IMG/VR virus record: IMGVR_UViG_3300010376_000079 | Coordinates: 1 to 37,787 of that record | DNA: 37,787 nt | Strand: one strand, 5' to 3' | DNA from: a virus | Lineage: Duplodnaviria > Caudoviricetes | Shown here: positions 35,138 to 37,787 of the stretch, one piece after another | How positions within the stretch are numbered: position 1 is the first letter of the stretch | How the letters are laid out: every line of letters starts with the position of its first letter | Notes under the pieces: model-generated | Told to the model about the DNA's origin: nothing | Database searches by the model: none | Seen by the model: only the letters and a program-made list of their open reading frames with translations | Translations under genes and position numbers: made by a program

Positions 35138-35776
35138 CTAGATTGCCGAGATGTCTATGAGGTAGTAGTAGCCGCCGATCGCCTGCGAGGGAGGGGCGTC
35201 GCCCATTGCGTAGTAGCCGGTTCCGGAGAGGAAGTAGTCGCCCTTCGTCGTGTCGGGGACTTGGCCGGAGCCGACCGAGGGATAGATCGGGGTCGAGAAG
35301 TAGGCCGCGACCCGGATCGCGACGTTTGCCGCGAGGGGGATCGGCGGGGTGAAGGTGACGTGCTGCCACCCGGAGGCCGACTCGCCGGATGAGGTGACGG
35401 TGCCAAGGACGGAGAGATCACTGTCCTTGTAGACCGTCACCTTGTGCGTGGACGCGGTGTCGGTGGGGTCCTTGTAGAAATAGGCACCGAGGAGGGTCTT
35501 CCCCGAGGTGTGACAGGTGAATTGGGTCGCGACCGTGATCGGGCCGTTGTTCTGGGGTCCTTCCGTGGCACCCGGGGGCATGCTCGCCGGTGCCCAGAAG
35601 ACGCCAGCGGTCCGATTCGCGGGAACGACGACGTTGGCGTAGGCATCGACGGAGCAGACGAAGGCGGTGAGGGCCGAGGCTTCCCACGGGGTACCGCAGC
35701 GCGGACACGTTTGTACGAGGAGCGTCGGGTCGTGGGTGTCAAAGTACTTCCAGATTTTCGGTGTCGGCGGCATCAC
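35138..35776 (-). CDS. DUF4082-like domain protein with an N-terminal CxxC
   Basis: G..FYK...TH...GESASGWQHVTF..PI.L.AN matches the DUF4082 pattern. Confidence 0.7.
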   Translation of the reverse strand: MMPPTPKIWKYFDTHDPTLLVQTCPRCGTPWEASALTAFVCSVDAYANVVVPANRTAGVFWAPASMPPGATEGPQNNGPITVATQFTCHTSGKTLLGAYFYKDPTDTASTHKVTVYKDSDLSVLGTVTSSGESASGWQHVTFTPPIPLAANVAIRVAAYFSTPIYPSVGSGQVPDTTKGDYFLSGTGYYAMGDAPPSQAIGGYYYLIDISAI

Positions 35777-36132
35777 CCCTCAAACGGCGTCAGGACGGGA
35801 GGACCCCAGCCGAGCCCGTACATCGCGGCGACGATCTTCCCGAGGTTTGCGTTGACGATCGCGTTGACGGTGGGACGGATCATGCGATTCGCGGCGACGA
35901 CCTGGGGGGTCGCAAAGAGCCCGTCGATGACGTCGAGCGTTTCGTTCCACGCGCGATCGGTCGCGTAGGGGAGCCCGAGGACCGGGGTCTGGGAGAGATC
36001 GGGGACGCGGAAGGCCAAGGCGGCGCTGTTCTTCTTGGCGACCCACGCGGCATCCAGGCGATCGAAGGTGAGATTCAGGTCCGCGTCACTCACGTAGGCC
36101 ATCCCGAGTCCCGAGGTTCGATCGACGCCCAT
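35773..36132 (-). CDS. Small protein with two copies of the fibre N-terminal motif
   Basis: RTSGLGMAY...LNLTFDRLD and QTPVLGLPY...WNETLDVID. RBS AAGGAGG. Confidence 0.7.
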   Translation of the reverse strand: MGVDRTSGLGMAYVSDADLNLTFDRLDAAWVAKKNSAALAFRVPDLSQTPVLGLPYATDRAWNETLDVIDGLFATPQVVAANRMIRPTVNAIVNANLGKIVAAMYGLGWGPPVLTPFEG

Positions 36133-36162
36133 GGGAGCCTCCTTGTTCGTCTAAACGCGCCC

Positions 36163-37032
36163 TTACCAGAGTCGGTCGCTGGAAGCCAGCTTGGTTAGTT
36201 GCTGGGTCCGATCGGCGCCCGCTGCCTCGAGATTGTCGCAGCCGTAGCGGAAGGCATCGACGAGATCCTTGTGCGGATGCGTCTTCACCGGGCGATACGG
36301 GGGCAGCGACGAGAGATGAAACGCACCACTCAACGCCTCGATGAGATTCGGGCAGCGCGGCGAGATCAGGATGGCCGGATCGTGGCCCACGCGAGGAATG
36401 AAGACGCGGCGGAGGAAGCGTTCTCTCAGGTTGGCGTAGCTGACCTCCTTGCCGGGGCGGTTGGTGTGCATGTGGATGCCGGCCCGCTCGAGGAGCGCCG
36501 CGATGGTGCCGAGGGAGCCGACCGAATTCACCTCCGGGTCGCCGGCGTCGAAATAGTCACTGCGGGTGACGAGATCGGTCGCGATCGCGCTGACGACGGG
36601 GAGGAGTTGGTCGAGCGGGGTGTTGAAGGGACAGAGCTCCCGATGGATCAGGATCTGGCCATAGGTCGAGAGTTGGCCAAAGAGGACGACCGGGCTGACG
36701 GCGCCAAAGTCCCAGAATCGGAGGAGTCGAGCATCCCGGGTGACGGGGGATTCCCGGACGTGGAGGTTCGGGTCGAATTCCGGGACGACCGGCTCGCCCT
36801 CGGGGGAGGACCAGGAGATCTCGTACTCGCGTTGCCAGGCACGGAGGGAGAGCCCTTCCGAGGTCTTCTTCTTCCACTCGCCGGCGCGTTTCGTCGGGTC
36901 GGCGGTATAATGGAGTCGTAAGACAAAGAAACCATTCCTGGCATTCCGCCACTCCGTGACGCCCGTGCGCGGCGTGTCGGCCGACTCCGGGGGCCGGTCG
37001 AGGACGCGCAGATTTTCGAGCGTCTCGCTCAT
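36163..37032 (-). CDS. terL: Terminase large subunit, C-terminal (nuclease) half only
   Basis: LHYTADP, W.REYE, G.PV..EF, RNase H-like FWDFG, CPNLIEAL and HKDLVDAFRY. No Walker A or B. Confidence 0.85.
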   Translation of the reverse strand: MSETLENLRVLDRPPESADTPRTGVTEWRNARNGFFVLRLHYTADPTKRAGEWKKKTSEGLSLRAWQREYEISWSSPEGEPVVPEFDPNLHVRESPVTRDARLLRFWDFGAVSPVVLFGQLSTYGQILIHRELCPFNTPLDQLLPVVSAIATDLVTRSDYFDAGDPEVNSVGSLGTIAALLERAGIHMHTNRPGKEVSYANLRERFLRRVFIPRVGHDPAILISPRCPNLIEALSGAFHLSSLPPYRPVKTHPHKDLVDAFRYGCDNLEAAGADRTQQLTKLASSDRLW

Positions 37033-37337
37033 CGCGGCCAGAGCGCGCCCTGGGGTGGTGCCAGGAGCGGGGCGAGCTCCTCCTCGGCTGGGGTCGGAGG
37101 GCCAAAGGGAAGGTCGTACTGATCGGGCGGAGGTTGGTCGGCGCGCTCTCCGAGACGGAAGCCTAACAAGAAGAATTGGACGCTTGTTTGATCTGGAAAG
37201 TGGACGCGTTCGCCAAAGGAGGCGATGCCATCGACGCCCTGGCCGGTGGGCGACTCGAGGACGATCATGGGGACCTGGAGTTGCCAGAATTGCGCGCGGA
37301 CGGCGTCCGCGAAGGCGTTAGCGGGGGCGCCCGTCAT
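37029..37337 (-). CDS. Hypothetical protein
   Basis: ATGA-coupled to the terminase half gene. Confidence 0.6.
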   Translation of the reverse strand: MTGAPANAFADAVRAQFWQLQVPMIVLESPTGQGVDGIASFGERVHFPDQTSVQFFLLGFRLGERADQPPPDQYDLPFGPPTPAEEELAPLLAPPQGALWPR

Positions 37338-37440
37338 CGTCTTTCCGGGAATCGAGCCATGCCCAGAGAATGTCCAAGCCGACCAAGGCGAAGACGATCA
37401 GGAGGAGGGCACCCAGGATGAAGGAGACCGTGAGCCACAT
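37318..37440 (-). CDS. Small single-TM membrane protein (40 aa)
   Basis: MWLTVSFILGALLLIVFALVGLDILWAWLDSRKDDDGRPR*. Starts just after the upstream stop. Not in the ORF track. Confidence 0.55.
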   Translation of the reverse strand: MWLTVSFILGALLLIVFALVGLDILWAWLDSRKDDDGRPR

Positions 37441-37441
37441 C

Positions 37442-37729
37442 TCACCGCTTCTGGCGCATCAGCGCCGCCATCGCCTTCTTCCCGGCTGCCGTCTTCATCC
37501 GGGGGACGTCGCCCTCGCTGCGACGCTCGCGCCGCGATTCGGTCCGCTCATGGCGTGGGGTGTCGCCGCGCTCCGGGTCCTTCTTCGCGGGGAGCCCCTG
37601 CGTCTTGGTGGCGGCGAAATCCCGGAGTTGCTTCGTCGTCATCTTGACGGAGGTCGGCTTCCCCGCCTTTTTGGCGGCGTACTCCATCCCCATGAAATGC
37701 TGCTGCGCCTTGGAGACGGATGGCATCAC
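37442..37729 (-). CDS. DUF3008-like basic protein
   Basis: MPSVSKAQQ..MG......K.G...M..KQLRDFA.TK..GLP.K pattern. RBS GGGAG. Confidence 0.7.
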   Translation of the reverse strand: MMPSVSKAQQHFMGMEYAAKKAGKPTSVKMTTKQLRDFAATKTQGLPAKKDPERGDTPRHERTESRRERRSEGDVPRMKTAAGKKAMAALMRQKR

Positions 37730-37736
37730 GCACTCC

Positions 37737-37770
37737 CTATATATATGTAATATATAGTTAGCATTGGTAA
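37737..37770 (-). promoter_or_regulatory. AT-rich palindrome at the head of the late operon
   Basis: CTATATAT-ATGTA-ATATATAG inverted repeat directly upstream of an RBS. Confidence 0.5.
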
Positions 37771-37787
37771 CGGCTACGCCGGCCAGT

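Larger units (their letters stand above)
1..37787. mobile_element. Tailed dsDNA bacteriophage (podovirus-like), partial genome
   Basis: Portal, major capsid, terminase nuclease, tail tubular proteins, fibres and PolA. Two converging arms (early/replication on +, virion on -). No tape measure, sheath or host housekeeping genes. Confidence 0.95.

Noticed and set aside
37235-37270. IVLESPTGQG in 37029-37337 as the missing terminase Walker A
   Set aside because: It lacks the GK[ST] lysine and a Walker B, and the ORF is only 102 aa.
37318-37440. Holin assignment for the 40-aa TM protein
   Set aside because: A single TM helix with no adjacent endolysin is insufficient evidence.
1-37787. High frequency of CTCGAG/TCGA
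   Set aside because: Plausibly explained by preferred codon pairs such as CTC-GAG and ATC/GTC-GAN. Not tested statistically.
1-37787. Terminal repeats, att sites or a diversity-generating retroelement
   Set aside because: The two ends do not match, and there is no integrase, reverse transcriptase or TR/VR pair.

Overview
The window is most of a high-GC (roughly two-thirds G+C by eye) tailed dsDNA phage genome, probably a podovirus. It starts mid-gene, has no terminal repeats, and shows no TerS, terminase ATPase, endolysin, integrase or primase, so it is probably incomplete. The + strand (1-15286) carries about 22 small early genes behind a repeated promoter motif, then a replication/recombination module: PD-(D/E)XK nuclease, AAA_24/Sak4-like ATPase, RHH regulator, DUF669-like SSB, UDG-fused family A DNA polymerase and DUF3987-like helicase. 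The - strand (15283-37729) is the virion module: a nuclease-only terminase half, a cluster of paralogous fibre/spike genes, portal, scaffold, N4-gp56-type capsid with an inserted domain, tail adaptor and nozzle, a GNAT and ejection proteins. The most unusual signal lies below gene level. About 20 short AT/TpA-rich patches are written into GC-rich genes through codon choice without breaking any frame, and a GTTTAAAC-like motif recurs about 30 times. The phage also encodes a candidate Zn-type Lsr2-like/winged-helix protein that could read these sites. That link is a hypothesis. All family assignments come from motif recognition by eye, not database searches.
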